The notes beneath the pieces are model-generated. The model was not told the origin of the DNA. It ran no database searches and saw only the letters and a program-made list of their open reading frames with translations. From an uncultured Rickettsiales bacterium (lineage in GTDB: Bacteria; Pseudomonadota; Alphaproteobacteria; Rickettsiales; JABCZZ01), in NCBI GenBank assembly GCA_964454545.1, contig CAYVTI010000003.1:6676-70675 (forward strand): a stretch of DNA of 64,000 nt, read 5' to 3'. Below, in pieces: positions 52,208 to 62,039 of the stretch. Each line of letters starts with the position of its first letter. Position 1 is the stretch's first letter. Both the position numbers and the translations under genes were made by a program.

Positions 52208-53032
52208 ATGAAATATCTCGACATGCAAGGGGCGCCGTTTCCCGCCCTGGGTTTTGGCACGTGGCGGCTGGATGGCGGGGCTTGCGTGGACGCGGTGAAG
52301 ATGGCGCTTGACATGGGCTACCACCACATAGACACGGCGCAGGTTTACGGGAACGAAGCCGAGGTAGGGCAGGCGGCAAGCGAGTCGGGAATAGATCGCA
52401 AGGCATTATTTATCACCACGAAATTGTGGACGACCAACTTTACTTCTGATCGCGTCGCCTCTTCAATGGAAGAATCGCTGGAGAGGCTCCGCACGGAGTA
52501 TGTCGATCTCCTGCTGATGCACTGGCCGAACCCGGAAGTGCCGCTTTCGGAGACGTTTGCGGCCATGCGGGAGCTTATGCGCAAGGGGAAGGCCAGGGCC
52601 ATCGGCGTGAGTAATTTCCCGGTGAGTCTGATGCGCGAGGCGGTGGAAAAACATGGCGCGCCCGTCGCCTGCAACCAGGTGGAATACCACGCGCTGCTTT
52701 CGCAACATGCGGTGCTGGGCTATGCGCGTGCGCATAATATCATCGTTACCGCTTATCGCCCGCTGGCGCGCCCCACACTCGCTCATCATCCCATGCTGCA
52801 GGAGATCGGCCGCAGATACGGTAAAACGGCGGCGCAGATCGCATTGCGCTGGCTTATCCAGCAGGAAGGAGTCGCTGTTATCCCGAAAGCCGCAAGCGGG
52901 AAACATGCGAGGTCCAATTTTGAGATATTCGATTTCTCGCTCTCCGAGAGCGACATGCGCATGATTGCAGCTTTGAGCAACAATACGCGCAGCGTCAACC
53001 CGGATTTCGCGCCGCAGTGGGATGCCGCGTAG
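52208..53032 (+). CDS. Aldo/keto reductase (2,5-diketo-D-gluconate reductase-like)
   Basis: LGFGTWRL, YHHIDTAQVYGNE, LLMHWP and IGVSNF blocks. Confidence 0.9.
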   Translation: MKYLDMQGAPFPALGFGTWRLDGGACVDAVKMALDMGYHHIDTAQVYGNEAEVGQAASESGIDRKALFITTKLWTTNFTSDRVASSMEESLERLRTEYVDLLLMHWPNPEVPLSETFAAMRELMRKGKARAIGVSNFPVSLMREAVEKHGAPVACNQVEYHALLSQHAVLGYARAHNIIVTAYRPLARPTLAHHPMLQEIGRRYGKTAAQIALRWLIQQEGVAVIPKAASGKHARSNFEIFDFSLSESDMRMIAALSNNTRSVNPDFAPQWDAA

Positions 53033-53129
53033 TAGCATTTATCCGTAATTTATGTTGCCATACGGTTTTCATACCGTAAACTTATGCCTAATTCCCGTAA
53101 ATGCACATTCTGTTATTAAAAAGGGGCCT

Positions 53130-55013
53130 ATGATGAATAAATCAGGTATCGGACGACTGTTTCTCGTGGCGATTGCCCTCGTATTTTTCACATTGGCGCC
53201 GCGTGCCGACTGCGCAGATACCAAGCCGCCGCCCACCATACAGGACAAGGATATCCTGAGTTACATCCAGGAAGTGATTAACTGGCGGCGCGCCATCGTC
53301 GACAGCGATCTGCCTCCGGACAATGCGCGCGTCGCTCTCCTCAAGGATTCCTTGCGGCAGGATTCCCAGAAGGCGCTTAGAAGCGCGTTCGATTTCGCGC
53401 ATGCGGAAGCAACCCTGCTGGAGGAAGGCAAAACGGCGGGCGAGGATAATGCGAAGAACAACAGCCGCCACAATACGCTGGTTAAAAGGATAGAGGAAAC
53501 CACCCAGCGTATCGACGATCTGCAGGCGCAGCTGGACGCCACGACGCCGACTGACGTGGCGCAGCGCGAGAAGCTCGCCGGGGAGCTGAAGGTGGAGAAG
53601 GCGCATCTGGAGCTGCTTAATAATTTTATGACTATTTTCAGCATCAATGAGAATGACGATACGGGGCTTATAGGCGCCATCAACAAGCTCTCCTATTCCA
53701 TCCTCGGCGATCTGAACGAGCCGCCGCCAGGGGGCGCTCCCAAGCAGGACAACAATAAGGAAAATACAATGCTGCCGACGGGGAATGACAACGTGATCGG
53801 TGTTATCTCCGACGTCCTCGCCCTTACCCGGAAGAAGCAGGCGATCGACGCGCTTATCAAGCAGACGGATGATTTGAGCGCCAGCACCCGCAACCTGATA
53901 GCCGTCATGAGAGGATTATTGCAGGAGGCCATACAGGAAGGAAACGCGCTTGCCGATGCGCCGGTTGCAACCGATGCCAAAAGCCTGGCGCAGCACCGCC
54001 GCGATCTGGATGCATGGTCGCGTAAATACAAGCAGCTTTCCGCTGCGGTTATCCCGCTGGGGCAGATTTCCTCGCTGCTGGATACCAGCACCAGCAGCTT
54101 GAAAGAATGGAACGACATCCTGAATCAAGAATGGAACAAGCTGTTCCGCCATTTCATCTGGAGGCTCAGCATCCTCTGCGTGTCGCTGCTGATACCGTTT
54201 GTTTTCTCAAGCCTGGCGCACCGCGGGATCATCCGCTACGTCAATGACAACAGCCGCATACGCCAGCTCAATGTGGTGAGACAGGTGGCGTTTGTGACCT
54301 TGCTGACGCTCGTTATTTTCCTCAACTTCTTCACCGAGTTCGGATCGCTTGCGACCTATGCCGGATTCCTGACGGCGGGTCTCGCCGTGGCGTTGCAGAC
54401 GGTGCTGGTGTCGCTTACCGCGCACTTCTTCTTTTTCGGGAGGTTCGGCGCGCGCGCGGGCGACCGCGTCACCATTTCCGGGGTAACGGGAGATGTCGTT
54501 CAGGTCGGAATGCTGCGCCTCTATCTCATGGAACTGATCGGAGAAGAGGGCGCCCTTCGTCCTTCGGGAAAAATTGTCGCCTTTCCCAATTCCGTGCTTT
54601 TTAATCCAACCGCTTTCTCCAAGCAGATCGTCGGCACGAATTACATCTGGAAGGATCTGGCCTTCCAGCTCGATCCCAACAGTGATTTTACCGCGGCCAC
54701 TGCCATCGTCATGACGGCAGTCAATTCCGTGTACCAGGAATATAAAAACCTGATCGAGCGCCAGCATATCACCCTCGAGAGATCGACCAACCTGCTGGTT
54801 GACGTGCCAGCGCCCAGAAATGAGATAAGCCTCAAGGAGCCGGGACTCATCTGCACGGTGCATTACCCGGTGATTATCGACCGCGCGGCGAAGATATACC
54901 AGGAGATACTGCTCAAGCTTATGAAGGCTTTTGAGAATAACAAGGACTTCAAGCTCATACTCACGAATCCGCTTAAGATAGTAAACGCGAAAGACGCTTT
55001 CAGGATCGAGTGA
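53130..55013 (+). CDS. Mechanosensitive ion channel family protein (MscS-like) with a large periplasmic coiled-coil N-domain
   Basis: ATG 53130 with AAAGGGG SD (ORF opens at 53052). Signal/TM segment, coiled coils, three TM segments, then the GDRVTISGVTGDVVQVGMLRLYL beta-domain. Confidence 0.75.
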   Translation: MMNKSGIGRLFLVAIALVFFTLAPRADCADTKPPPTIQDKDILSYIQEVINWRRAIVDSDLPPDNARVALLKDSLRQDSQKALRSAFDFAHAEATLLEEGKTAGEDNAKNNSRHNTLVKRIEETTQRIDDLQAQLDATTPTDVAQREKLAGELKVEKAHLELLNNFMTIFSINENDDTGLIGAINKLSYSILGDLNEPPPGGAPKQDNNKENTMLPTGNDNVIGVISDVLALTRKKQAIDALIKQTDDLSASTRNLIAVMRGLLQEAIQEGNALADAPVATDAKSLAQHRRDLDAWSRKYKQLSAAVIPLGQISSLLDTSTSSLKEWNDILNQEWNKLFRHFIWRLSILCVSLLIPFVFSSLAHRGIIRYVNDNSRIRQLNVVRQVAFVTLLTLVIFLNFFTEFGSLATYAGFLTAGLAVALQTVLVSLTAHFFFFGRFGARAGDRVTISGVTGDVVQVGMLRLYLMELIGEEGALRPSGKIVAFPNSVLFNPTAFSKQIVGTNYIWKDLAFQLDPNSDFTAATAIVMTAVNSVYQEYKNLIERQHITLERSTNLLVDVPAPRNEISLKEPGLICTVHYPVIIDRAAKIYQEILLKLMKAFENNKDFKLILTNPLKIVNAKDAFRIE

Positions 55014-56117
55014 ATGCAAGAAAAGAAGATGAAATCACCCTTGTTTGATCCTGTCAAAGCCGGATCGCTTACGTGGCCGAACCGTATCGTCATGGCGCCG
55101 CTTACGCGCGGGCGCGCAACGCCGGACGGCGTGCCGACGGCCATGATGGCCGAATATTACAGGCTGCGTGCGGATGCCGGGCTTATCATTTCGGAAGCTA
55201 CGGCTATTTCACGGCAAGGGTACGGCTGGGTGCGCGCGCCGGGCATATTTACCGATGCGCATGAGCATGGCTGGCGGATGGTGACCAACGCCGTGCACGA
55301 GGCGGGCGGGCGCATATATCTGCAGCTGTGGCATATGGGGCGGGTGTCGCACCCGGATTTTCAGAACGGCAGGCTGCCTGTCGGGCCTTCCGCGGTTGCC
55401 GCCGAGGGAGAAACCATCACTCCCTATGGTAAAAAAACTTACGTGGTTCCGCATGTGCTGGACATCAACGAGATTGCTGCCATCATACAGGATTACATCA
55501 TGGCGGCAACGCGTGCCATACGCGCCGGTTTTGACGGGGTGGAAATCCATGCGGCCAACGGCTATCTGCTCGATCAATTTCTGAGGGACTGCACCAATAA
55601 GCGCGAGGATAAATATGGTGGCTCCATACAGAACCGTGCCCGTTTCCTGCAACAGGTGGTACAAGCGGTGGTCAACACGATCGGCGCGAGTAAAATCGGC
55701 GTGCGCCTGTCGCCCACCAATCCCGGCAAGGGCATGAAGGACAGCGATCCGGCAACTTTGTTTACCTATGTCGCGGAAATGCTGAACGGTTTTAAACTTG
55801 CCTATCTCCATGTGCTGGAAGGATTGCCGGGGCATTATCTTGCTTCCGGCGGAGACAGGATATCGCCTGCGATGCGCGAGGCATTCAAAGGCGTTTTCGT
55901 GGCCAATGCCGGATATGACAAGGCTATGGGCGAGCAGGCCGTAGAAAACGGTGATGCCGACGCCATCGCCTATGGCAGGCCGTTTATCGCCAACCCCGAT
56001 CTTGTCCGGCGGTTCGACACCGGCACGCCGCTCAATACCGCCGATCCGGCGACATTCTACACTCACGGCAGGGAAGGATATCTGGATTATCCGCTGATGG
56101 ATACCAGGGTGGCATAA
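55014..56117 (+). CDS. Old-yellow-enzyme family NADH:flavin oxidoreductase / alkene reductase
   Basis: LFDPVKAGSLTWPNRIVMAPLTRGRA, HAANGYLLDQFL and GRPFIANPDL blocks. Confidence 0.9.
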   Translation: MQEKKMKSPLFDPVKAGSLTWPNRIVMAPLTRGRATPDGVPTAMMAEYYRLRADAGLIISEATAISRQGYGWVRAPGIFTDAHEHGWRMVTNAVHEAGGRIYLQLWHMGRVSHPDFQNGRLPVGPSAVAAEGETITPYGKKTYVVPHVLDINEIAAIIQDYIMAATRAIRAGFDGVEIHAANGYLLDQFLRDCTNKREDKYGGSIQNRARFLQQVVQAVVNTIGASKIGVRLSPTNPGKGMKDSDPATLFTYVAEMLNGFKLAYLHVLEGLPGHYLASGGDRISPAMREAFKGVFVANAGYDKAMGEQAVENGDADAIAYGRPFIANPDLVRRFDTGTPLNTADPATFYTHGREGYLDYPLMDTRVA

Positions 56118-56240
56118 GCGGGGAAGGAAATAAAAATCATGATAGTAATTAATATCAGGCGCTGGTTCATATTTGACTCCCGCTGCAATCGAGGGGTACT
56201 ATAAAGCGCAAATCCCGCAAAGAAATCGTGCATAGTATTT

Positions 56241-56738
56241 ATGAACATACGTCGCCTTATCTTGCTGTCCGCCCTCTTGGTTTCCGCCTGCACGTTCACT
56301 CCGGAAAACGGGGAAATCAGGACGGAATTCCACCCGCCGTTCGTCTATCAGGCATGGCATACGGAGCATTATGCCCTGCAGAATGGTGATCCGGCCTGTG
56401 TGGTTTCTTCCGGGTCCGGCGGCATCGAGATCATTCTTGCCCGTGAGGGCGGGAATATCGAAACAGCCGCAAAGAGCAACCGGCCCATGCAGCCGGGATT
56501 CTGGCTGACTGTGAATGCAGGCGGCAACACGTTCTATGCGTATGATACGTATTTCCATGAGCAGACCGCGCGCGCATTGGCAGACGCTCTTTCCAAAGGC
56601 GGCAAGGCTTATCTTGAATGGGCGGAAAACAGCCGCTGGCCGGGCGGCGCGCCGCAGCGCGCGCAGAACATCGTGAAGCTGGATGGCTTCAAGGAACAGC
56701 TGGATGCATGCCGCAATTACCTCATGTCGCGGAAATAG
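56241..56738 (+). CDS. Hypothetical lipoprotein
   Basis: Lipobox LLVSAC. 165 aa. No family recognised. Confidence 0.55.
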   Translation: MNIRRLILLSALLVSACTFTPENGEIRTEFHPPFVYQAWHTEHYALQNGDPACVVSSGSGGIEIILAREGGNIETAAKSNRPMQPGFWLTVNAGGNTFYAYDTYFHEQTARALADALSKGGKAYLEWAENSRWPGGAPQRAQNIVKLDGFKEQLDACRNYLMSRK

Positions 56739-56837
56739 ATGATTATATGCTTTGGCATTATAGGGTCTGGATTGCTTCGCTGACGCTTGCAATGACGATT
56801 ATGGGTATAGAGACCAAAGCATAAGAACAGGTCTGTT

Positions 56838-57461
56838 ATGTTTAAAAAGACGGCTAGATTGATTATCTTTGTAGCGCTGCTTGCCAATGTGGCAGGTGAG
56901 ATTGCCTGCGCCGCAGAATTGGCTCCGGGCGACAAGGCGCCGGATTTTACCGCAAAAGCCGTGGATGGCGCGCAGGTCACGCTGTCATCATTCAGGGGCA
57001 AGACCGTGGTGCTGGACTGGGCGAATTACGGCTGCCCGTTTGATCATATGCACTATGCGAGCGGCAATCTTCCATTGCTTCAGAAAAAATATACTGGCAA
57101 GGGCGTCGTATGGCTCAGCGTCATGTCTTCCGCCCCCGGCAGGCAAGGCTATTTCACGCTGGTGGAATTCATGGTGGAGGATAAGAAAAATAACAACAAC
57201 GCAACCCATGTACTGATGGACAGCGACGGCAAAATCGGCAGGCTCTACGGCGCAAAAACCACGCCGCATCTATTTGTCATAGATGCCAATGGAGTGGTGC
57301 AATATAACGGAGCGATTGACAGCATACCCTCCACCGATCCGCAGTCGCTCGCCGAGGCGGTTCCTTACGCCGCCAATGCCATTGATGCGGTGCTTGCAGG
57401 GAAGAAGCCTGATCCTGCTTTTACGACGCCCTATGGATGCAGTGTGAAATATAATGACTAG
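56838..57461 (+). CDS. Secreted thioredoxin-fold (redoxin/AhpC-TSA-like) protein
   Basis: Signal peptide. GKTVVLDWANYGCPFDHMHY block typical of thioredoxin-like proteins with a single Cys. Confidence 0.65.
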   Translation: MFKKTARLIIFVALLANVAGEIACAAELAPGDKAPDFTAKAVDGAQVTLSSFRGKTVVLDWANYGCPFDHMHYASGNLPLLQKKYTGKGVVWLSVMSSAPGRQGYFTLVEFMVEDKKNNNNATHVLMDSDGKIGRLYGAKTTPHLFVIDANGVVQYNGAIDSIPSTDPQSLAEAVPYAANAIDAVLAGKKPDPAFTTPYGCSVKYND

Positions 57462-57470
57462 CGTGGGAAA

Positions 57471-58235
57471 ATGAATCCATCGCCATCCATAGTGCTTTCC
57501 GTTGAGAACTTATGCAAGCGGTACGGCAGCACTATTGCGGTTGACGGAATCTCATTCAGCGTCCGCCGTGGCGAAATTGTGGGGCTGCTTGGGCCCAACG
57601 GCGCAGGCAAGACCACGACCATCAACATGCTGCTCAGCGTTTTAAGTCCCAGTTCGGGGACGATCCGTATCGAAGATAAGGATATTGCGAAGCATCGCAC
57701 GGAAGCGTTGTTGCGCACGAATTTCGCCGCCGTCTATGCGCCGCTGCCCGGTAACCTGACCGTAGCGCAGAATCTGCGCGTCTTCGGCCTTCTTTACAGC
57801 GTGCGGGAACTGACGGAGCGTATAGATCTGTTGCTTAAGCAGTTCGATCTGGAAAAGTTCCGCAATATCAAATGTGGCGTGCTGTCATCGGGTGAGCAGA
57901 TGCGCGTCTGTCTCGCGAAAGCGATGCTTAACCGCCCGTGCCTGTTGCTGCTTGACGAGCCGACCGGCTCTCTTGATCCCTCCCGCGCGCACGACATCCG
58001 GGTGAAAATTCAGGAGCTGGTCAGGGAAACGCATTGCGGCGTATTGTGGACATCGCACAATATGTATGAAGTCGAGGCAGTGTGCGACCGCGTGCTTTTT
58101 CTTTCCAAAGGCAGGATACTGCTTGAGGGCAATCCGAAAACGCTGCCGGGTGAGCACGGGCGGAAAACACTTGAAGAATTGTTTATCGCCGTCGCGCGCG
58201 AGCCGCTTGCGTTCGGGCAGGAGGATGCCGCATGA
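57471..58235 (+). CDS. ABC transporter ATP-binding protein
   Basis: Walker A GPNGAGKTT, signature LSSGEQ and Walker B LLLLDEP. Confidence 0.9.
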   Translation: MNPSPSIVLSVENLCKRYGSTIAVDGISFSVRRGEIVGLLGPNGAGKTTTINMLLSVLSPSSGTIRIEDKDIAKHRTEALLRTNFAAVYAPLPGNLTVAQNLRVFGLLYSVRELTERIDLLLKQFDLEKFRNIKCGVLSSGEQMRVCLAKAMLNRPCLLLLDEPTGSLDPSRAHDIRVKIQELVRETHCGVLWTSHNMYEVEAVCDRVLFLSKGRILLEGNPKTLPGEHGRKTLEELFIAVAREPLAFGQEDAA

Positions 58236-59035
58236 ACATGAACCGCATATATGCCGTGGTATTGCGCCAGTTTTACCTGTTGCGCGAAAGCGTGTCGCGC
58301 ATCGTGCCGCTTTTCGTCTGGTTCACTATCGATATCGTGCTCTGGGGCTTTCTGACGAAATATCTGGGTAACATCGCCGCCCCCGGCTTCAGCTTCGTGT
58401 CGGTGCTTCTGGGCGCGGTGCTGCTCTGGGACTTCCTCATCCGGGTAATGCAGGGCGTAACGATGGCGTTTTTCGAGGATGTCTGGGCGCGCAATTTTCT
58501 CAATATCTTCGCAACCCCGATCACCCTGCCGGAATATCTTGCGAGCCTTGTGCTTTCCAGCATTATCACCAGCATGGTAGTGCTTGCCGTCATGATTATA
58601 GTAGCGAACATGGCTTTCGGCCTGCCGTTCTTTGCCTACGGCCTCATAATCGTGCCTTTTCTTTTCGTGCTGTTCCTGTTCGGGATTGCGCTGGGTATTT
58701 TCGGCTCCGCGATCGTGATGCGGCTCGGGCCTGCGGCGGAATGGTTCATCTGGCCGATACCGGCGCTTATCTCACCCTTTGCCTGCGTATTCTACCCGCT
58801 TGCGACCCTGCCGCACTGGATGCAGGTTATCTCATATCTGCTTCCGCCTGCCTATGTGTTTGAAAACCTGCGCGCCATTACCCGGGGCGGCAGTGTCCCG
58901 GCGAACGATCTGCTCATTGGCGGCGGCATCGCGGTGATTTATATACTGGCCGCGTGCTGGTCATTCGTGCGCGTCTACCGCCATGCATTGCGCACTGGGC
59001 TTATTGCGCGTTACAGCGCGGAGAGCCTGGGTTAA
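58232..59035 (+). CDS. ABC-2 type transporter permease
   Basis: ATGA-type overlap with the ATPase gene. Six hydrophobic segments. 267 aa. Confidence 0.8.
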   Translation: MNMNRIYAVVLRQFYLLRESVSRIVPLFVWFTIDIVLWGFLTKYLGNIAAPGFSFVSVLLGAVLLWDFLIRVMQGVTMAFFEDVWARNFLNIFATPITLPEYLASLVLSSIITSMVVLAVMIIVANMAFGLPFFAYGLIIVPFLFVLFLFGIALGIFGSAIVMRLGPAAEWFIWPIPALISPFACVFYPLATLPHWMQVISYLLPPAYVFENLRAITRGGSVPANDLLIGGGIAVIYILAACWSFVRVYRHALRTGLIARYSAESLG

Positions 59036-59079
59036 GTTGCTGGTTATGTCCCGGTTCAGAATTGCCAGAATCGTTTTCA

Positions 59080-60057
59080 TTATCCTTCCACTATTAACAC
59101 CGTAGAGCCCGTAGTCCTGCGCGCTTCGAGAGCGCGGTGCGCCTGCGCGGCATCCTTAAGCGGATAGGTCTGATTTATGGAAACCTTCACGACACCTTTG
59201 GCGACCAGGGAAAATAATGCCTTTGCGCTTTTCTGCAAATCCTCGCGTTTCCTTATATAAGTATAAAGGGTGGGGCGGGTGAGATAGAGCGAGCCTTTCT
59301 GCGCCAGGATTCCTATAGATATCGGCGGAACGGCACCGGACGCGTTGCCGTAACTCACCATAAGTCCAAGCGGCGCGAGGCAGTCCAGGGACCGCTCAAA
59401 CGTGTCCTTGCCTATGCCATCATACACCACCGGCACGCCTTTGCCTTTGGTGATGTGTTTTACTTTTTCCGGAAATGTTTCCTGCGAAGTGACGATGACG
59501 TGCCTGCAGCCCGCCTTTTTTGCGGCCTTCACTTTTTCTGCGCCGCCGACGGTGCCGATGACAATTGCGCCCAAGTATTTCGCCCACTGGCATAGTATCT
59601 GGCCTACGCCGCCAGCAGCCGCGTGCACGAGGATGGTGTCGCCTTTCTTCACCTTGTATGTGCGCCTTATGAGGTATTCAGCGGTCATGCCCTTGAGCAA
59701 AACGGCGGCGGCGGTTTTATCATCAATGCCGCGCGGTATCTTCACCAGCCTTTCCGCAGGCCGGATTGCCATTTCGGCATAGGCGCCGATGGGATCGACA
59801 TAGGCGACGCGATCCCCCGCCTTGAAATCGTTCACTTTTGCGCCTACGGCTTCGATAATGCCTGCGCCTTCCGAGCCCGGCGTAAAGGGGGTGGATATAG
59901 GATAAAGGCCGCTTCTGTGATAGATATCAATGAAATTAAGCCCCACCGCCGTATTGCGCATCAGCACTTCATGCGGCCCCGGGGCGCCGGTCTCCACTTC
60001 TTCCCAGCGGAGTTTTTCCGGGCCCCCGGTTTCATGGACGCGAATCGCATAGGGCAT
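59080..60057 (-). CDS. qor: NADPH:quinone oxidoreductase (zeta-crystallin-like MDR)
   Basis: VHETGGPEKLRWEEV..VGLNFIDIYHRSGLYP and AAAGGVG nucleotide motif. Confidence 0.9.
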   Translation of the reverse strand: MPYAIRVHETGGPEKLRWEEVETGAPGPHEVLMRNTAVGLNFIDIYHRSGLYPISTPFTPGSEGAGIIEAVGAKVNDFKAGDRVAYVDPIGAYAEMAIRPAERLVKIPRGIDDKTAAAVLLKGMTAEYLIRRTYKVKKGDTILVHAAAGGVGQILCQWAKYLGAIVIGTVGGAEKVKAAKKAGCRHVIVTSQETFPEKVKHITKGKGVPVVYDGIGKDTFERSLDCLAPLGLMVSYGNASGAVPPISIGILAQKGSLYLTRPTLYTYIRKREDLQKSAKALFSLVAKGVVKVSINQTYPLKDAAQAHRALEARRTTGSTVLIVEG

Positions 60058-60068
60058 AAGTCACTCCT

Positions 60069-60533
60069 TTAAATCTTCAAAGATTTATCCATCGGGTAAT
60101 TCATCAATTCTTGTCCGCGCACTTCTACCACTTGCTGGGTTATGATACGGAATCCGTGTTTCTCAAAGAATGGGCGCGCAGTAATGCTTGCCTCAGTGAA
60201 TATTCTCAGAATTCCCTGATTGTGAGCAGCTTCCTCGATTTGCCGTAGCAATGCACGCGCCACGCCCCTATGCTGATAATCTGGGTGCACATACATCATA
60301 TCAATATGTCCGTCCGGTTCAAGATCGGCGAAGCCTGCGATGGTTTCGTCAATAACCGCAACCCATGTCGGACTGTTTACCCTCCTGAGCGCCCATTGTT
60401 TGCGATCCACCTGCGCCCAGGCGTTTGTCTGGGCATTACTGTAATTTCTGGCGGCAATTTCCCGGATCGATCTCAGGAAAAGGACAATAGTTGCATTCAA
60501 ATCGTCTGGATGATAAAGTCTTATGTACATCAA
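60069..60533 (-). CDS. GNAT family N-acetyltransferase
   Basis: 154 aa. HPDYQHRGVARALL acetyl-CoA binding block. Confidence 0.8.
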   Translation of the reverse strand: MMYIRLYHPDDLNATIVLFLRSIREIAARNYSNAQTNAWAQVDRKQWALRRVNSPTWVAVIDETIAGFADLEPDGHIDMMYVHPDYQHRGVARALLRQIEEAAHNQGILRIFTEASITARPFFEKHGFRIITQQVVEVRGQELMNYPMDKSLKI

Positions 60534-60614
60534 TACGAAGTGATTTACGATTTATCTATCGTAATATTACCTTGATCTTTTCGATATGCCTAGCAGATTT
60601 CGGGAGTTTATTTT

Positions 60615-61094
60615 ATGACTGAAACCTATTTTTACACCACGATGGAAACCCCGGTTGGTGAAATTGTGCTCACGTCGGACGGTAAAGCCATCACCGGCCT
60701 TTATACGGAAGGCTATAAGCATTATGCGAAGTTCAAGAAAGGCGTGCATGATCCGAAGCCTTTCACGCAGGCCGTCAAGCAGCTCGGGGAATATTTCGAA
60801 GGCAAGCGCAGGGATTTCGACCTGCCGCTCGCGCCTGCTGGCACAGAATTCCAGCAGCGGGTCTGGAAAGCGCTTTGCGGCATAGGCTATGGCAAGACGA
60901 AAAGTTACGGGGAAGTGGCGAAGACCGTCAGGAATCCCAAAGCGTCGCGCGCGGTGGGGATGGCGAACAACAAAAACCCGATCAGCATCATTGTCCCGTG
61001 TCACCGCGTGGTTGGCGCCGATGGCAGCCTCACCGGGTACGGCGGCGGGCTTAAGGCCAAAGAATGGCTGCTTCAGCACGAAGCTGCGCATTAA
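60615..61094 (+). CDS. ogt: Methylated-DNA--protein-cysteine methyltransferase
   Basis: Active site IIVPCHRVV, with the YGEVA and NPISIIVP blocks. Confidence 0.9.
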   Translation: MTETYFYTTMETPVGEIVLTSDGKAITGLYTEGYKHYAKFKKGVHDPKPFTQAVKQLGEYFEGKRRDFDLPLAPAGTEFQQRVWKALCGIGYGKTKSYGEVAKTVRNPKASRAVGMANNKNPISIIVPCHRVVGADGSLTGYGGGLKAKEWLLQHEAAH

Positions 61095-61201
61095 TTCGCC
61101 ATATTGGTCAATTTGCTTGATTTTGCGCTTCCGCTGCTCATGTGCTACTCCACTGCAGGTCTCAAAAAGATCTTCGCAGGGAATCCATAATTCGACCTTT
61201 A

Positions 61202-61229
61202 TTGACCTGTCGTTTTTCCCGTGTATGCT
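61202..61229 (+). promoter_or_regulatory. Sigma70-like promoter candidate for the leader and small ORF
   Basis: TTGACC (61202-61207), a 16-nt spacer, then TATGCT (61224-61229). Confidence 0.3.
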
Positions 61230-61236
61230 TCCCGTG

Positions 61237-61430
61237 AGGTTAAGAGATTAACCTTGGGTCTTCAAAAGCCCGCGATGAACGGTAAATGGCATCAACCGTA
61301 AAATGATACCGTCCCCGATTTTGTCGGGTCGACGGCGCATATACAACAGGCTTCGGTCGAAAACGCCGTGGCTGTTTCATCGCAGCTTTTTGAACGACCC
61401 GATACCACCGGATTTTCCGGTGGTTTCCTT
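61237..61430 (+). ncRNA. Candidate cis-regulatory leader RNA (copy B of the TATACAACAGGCTTCGG core)
   Basis: Hairpin AGGTTAA-GAGA-TTAACCT at 61237-61254. TCGGG (61324-61328) can pair with either CCCGA (61314-61318) or, as TCGGGTCG, with CGACCCGA (61395-61402). Core 17-mer at 61340-61356. Terminator-like ACCACCGG-ATTTT-CCGGTGGT at 61404-61424 followed by TTCCTT. Confidence 0.3.
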
Positions 61431-61455
61431 GAACCTTTACATCGGGAGCGTTACC

Positions 61456-61551
61456 ATGAAAGACTGTCTCTGCCTTATAGGCATTATCGTCATGCCGATA
61501 CTCGGACTGGTCACGGGCATCATTATCGGGTATGTCGCGTTTGCGCACTAA
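61456..61551 (+). CDS. 31-aa hydrophobic peptide (MKDCLCLIGIIVMPILGLVTGIIIGYVAFAH)
   Basis: GGGAG SD 7 nt upstream of the ATG. Single predicted TM helix. It lies downstream of the structured leader. Below the ORF-track size cutoff as an ATG-initiated ORF. Confidence 0.3.
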   Translation: MKDCLCLIGIIVMPILGLVTGIIIGYVAFAH

Positions 61552-61563
61552 ATTTCTCGACTT

Positions 61564-61971
61564 CTAGTCCCACGTAAATTCAATCGGCATCTCCAGCTCA
61601 GGGTGCAGACTTTTATGCACCGGGCAGGTCATGGCGGCCTGCTGCAGCTTTTGTTTCTGTTCGTCGCCTAGTTTTCCCGGCACATGGATATGCACCGTGA
61701 GCCTGCCGATCCTGCGCTCCGGCCTGGCTATCATCTCTTTTTTCACCTGCGCCGTTGCGCCTTTTAAATCGATGCCGAGCGTTCTCGCGGCAATGCCCAT
61801 GACTGTCAGCATGCAGGTGCCGAGCGCGGCCGCCACCAGATCGGTGGGGGAGAAGCTCTCTCCCTTGCCCATATTGTCCTTTGGCGCATCGGTGCCGAGC
61901 GCTGTGCCCGAAGGTTGATGAACCGCTCTGCAATGCAGTTCGCCCTGGTATTTTATGTCGATCATTACCAT
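61564..61971 (-). CDS. OsmC family peroxiredoxin-like protein
   Basis: 135 aa. SPTDLVAAALGTCM and C-terminal CPVHKSL Cys motifs. Confidence 0.85.
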   Translation of the reverse strand: MVMIDIKYQGELHCRAVHQPSGTALGTDAPKDNMGKGESFSPTDLVAAALGTCMLTVMGIAARTLGIDLKGATAQVKKEMIARPERRIGRLTVHIHVPGKLGDEQKQKLQQAAMTCPVHKSLHPELEMPIEFTWD

Positions 61972-62039
61972 AATTTGCTTTTCATGTTTGATAGAATTAT
62001 ATTATTAAGTGTTATTAACATAGCATAAGACAAAAACCT

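Noticed and set aside
56087-56170. 27-codon hydrophobic ORF on the minus strand (MNQRLILITIMIFISFPAYATLVSISG) with a GGGAG SD, overlapping the 3' end of the OYE gene.
   Set aside because: It could be a small membrane peptide, but it overlaps a well-supported gene and has no supporting structure or conservation that I can see. It is left unannotated.
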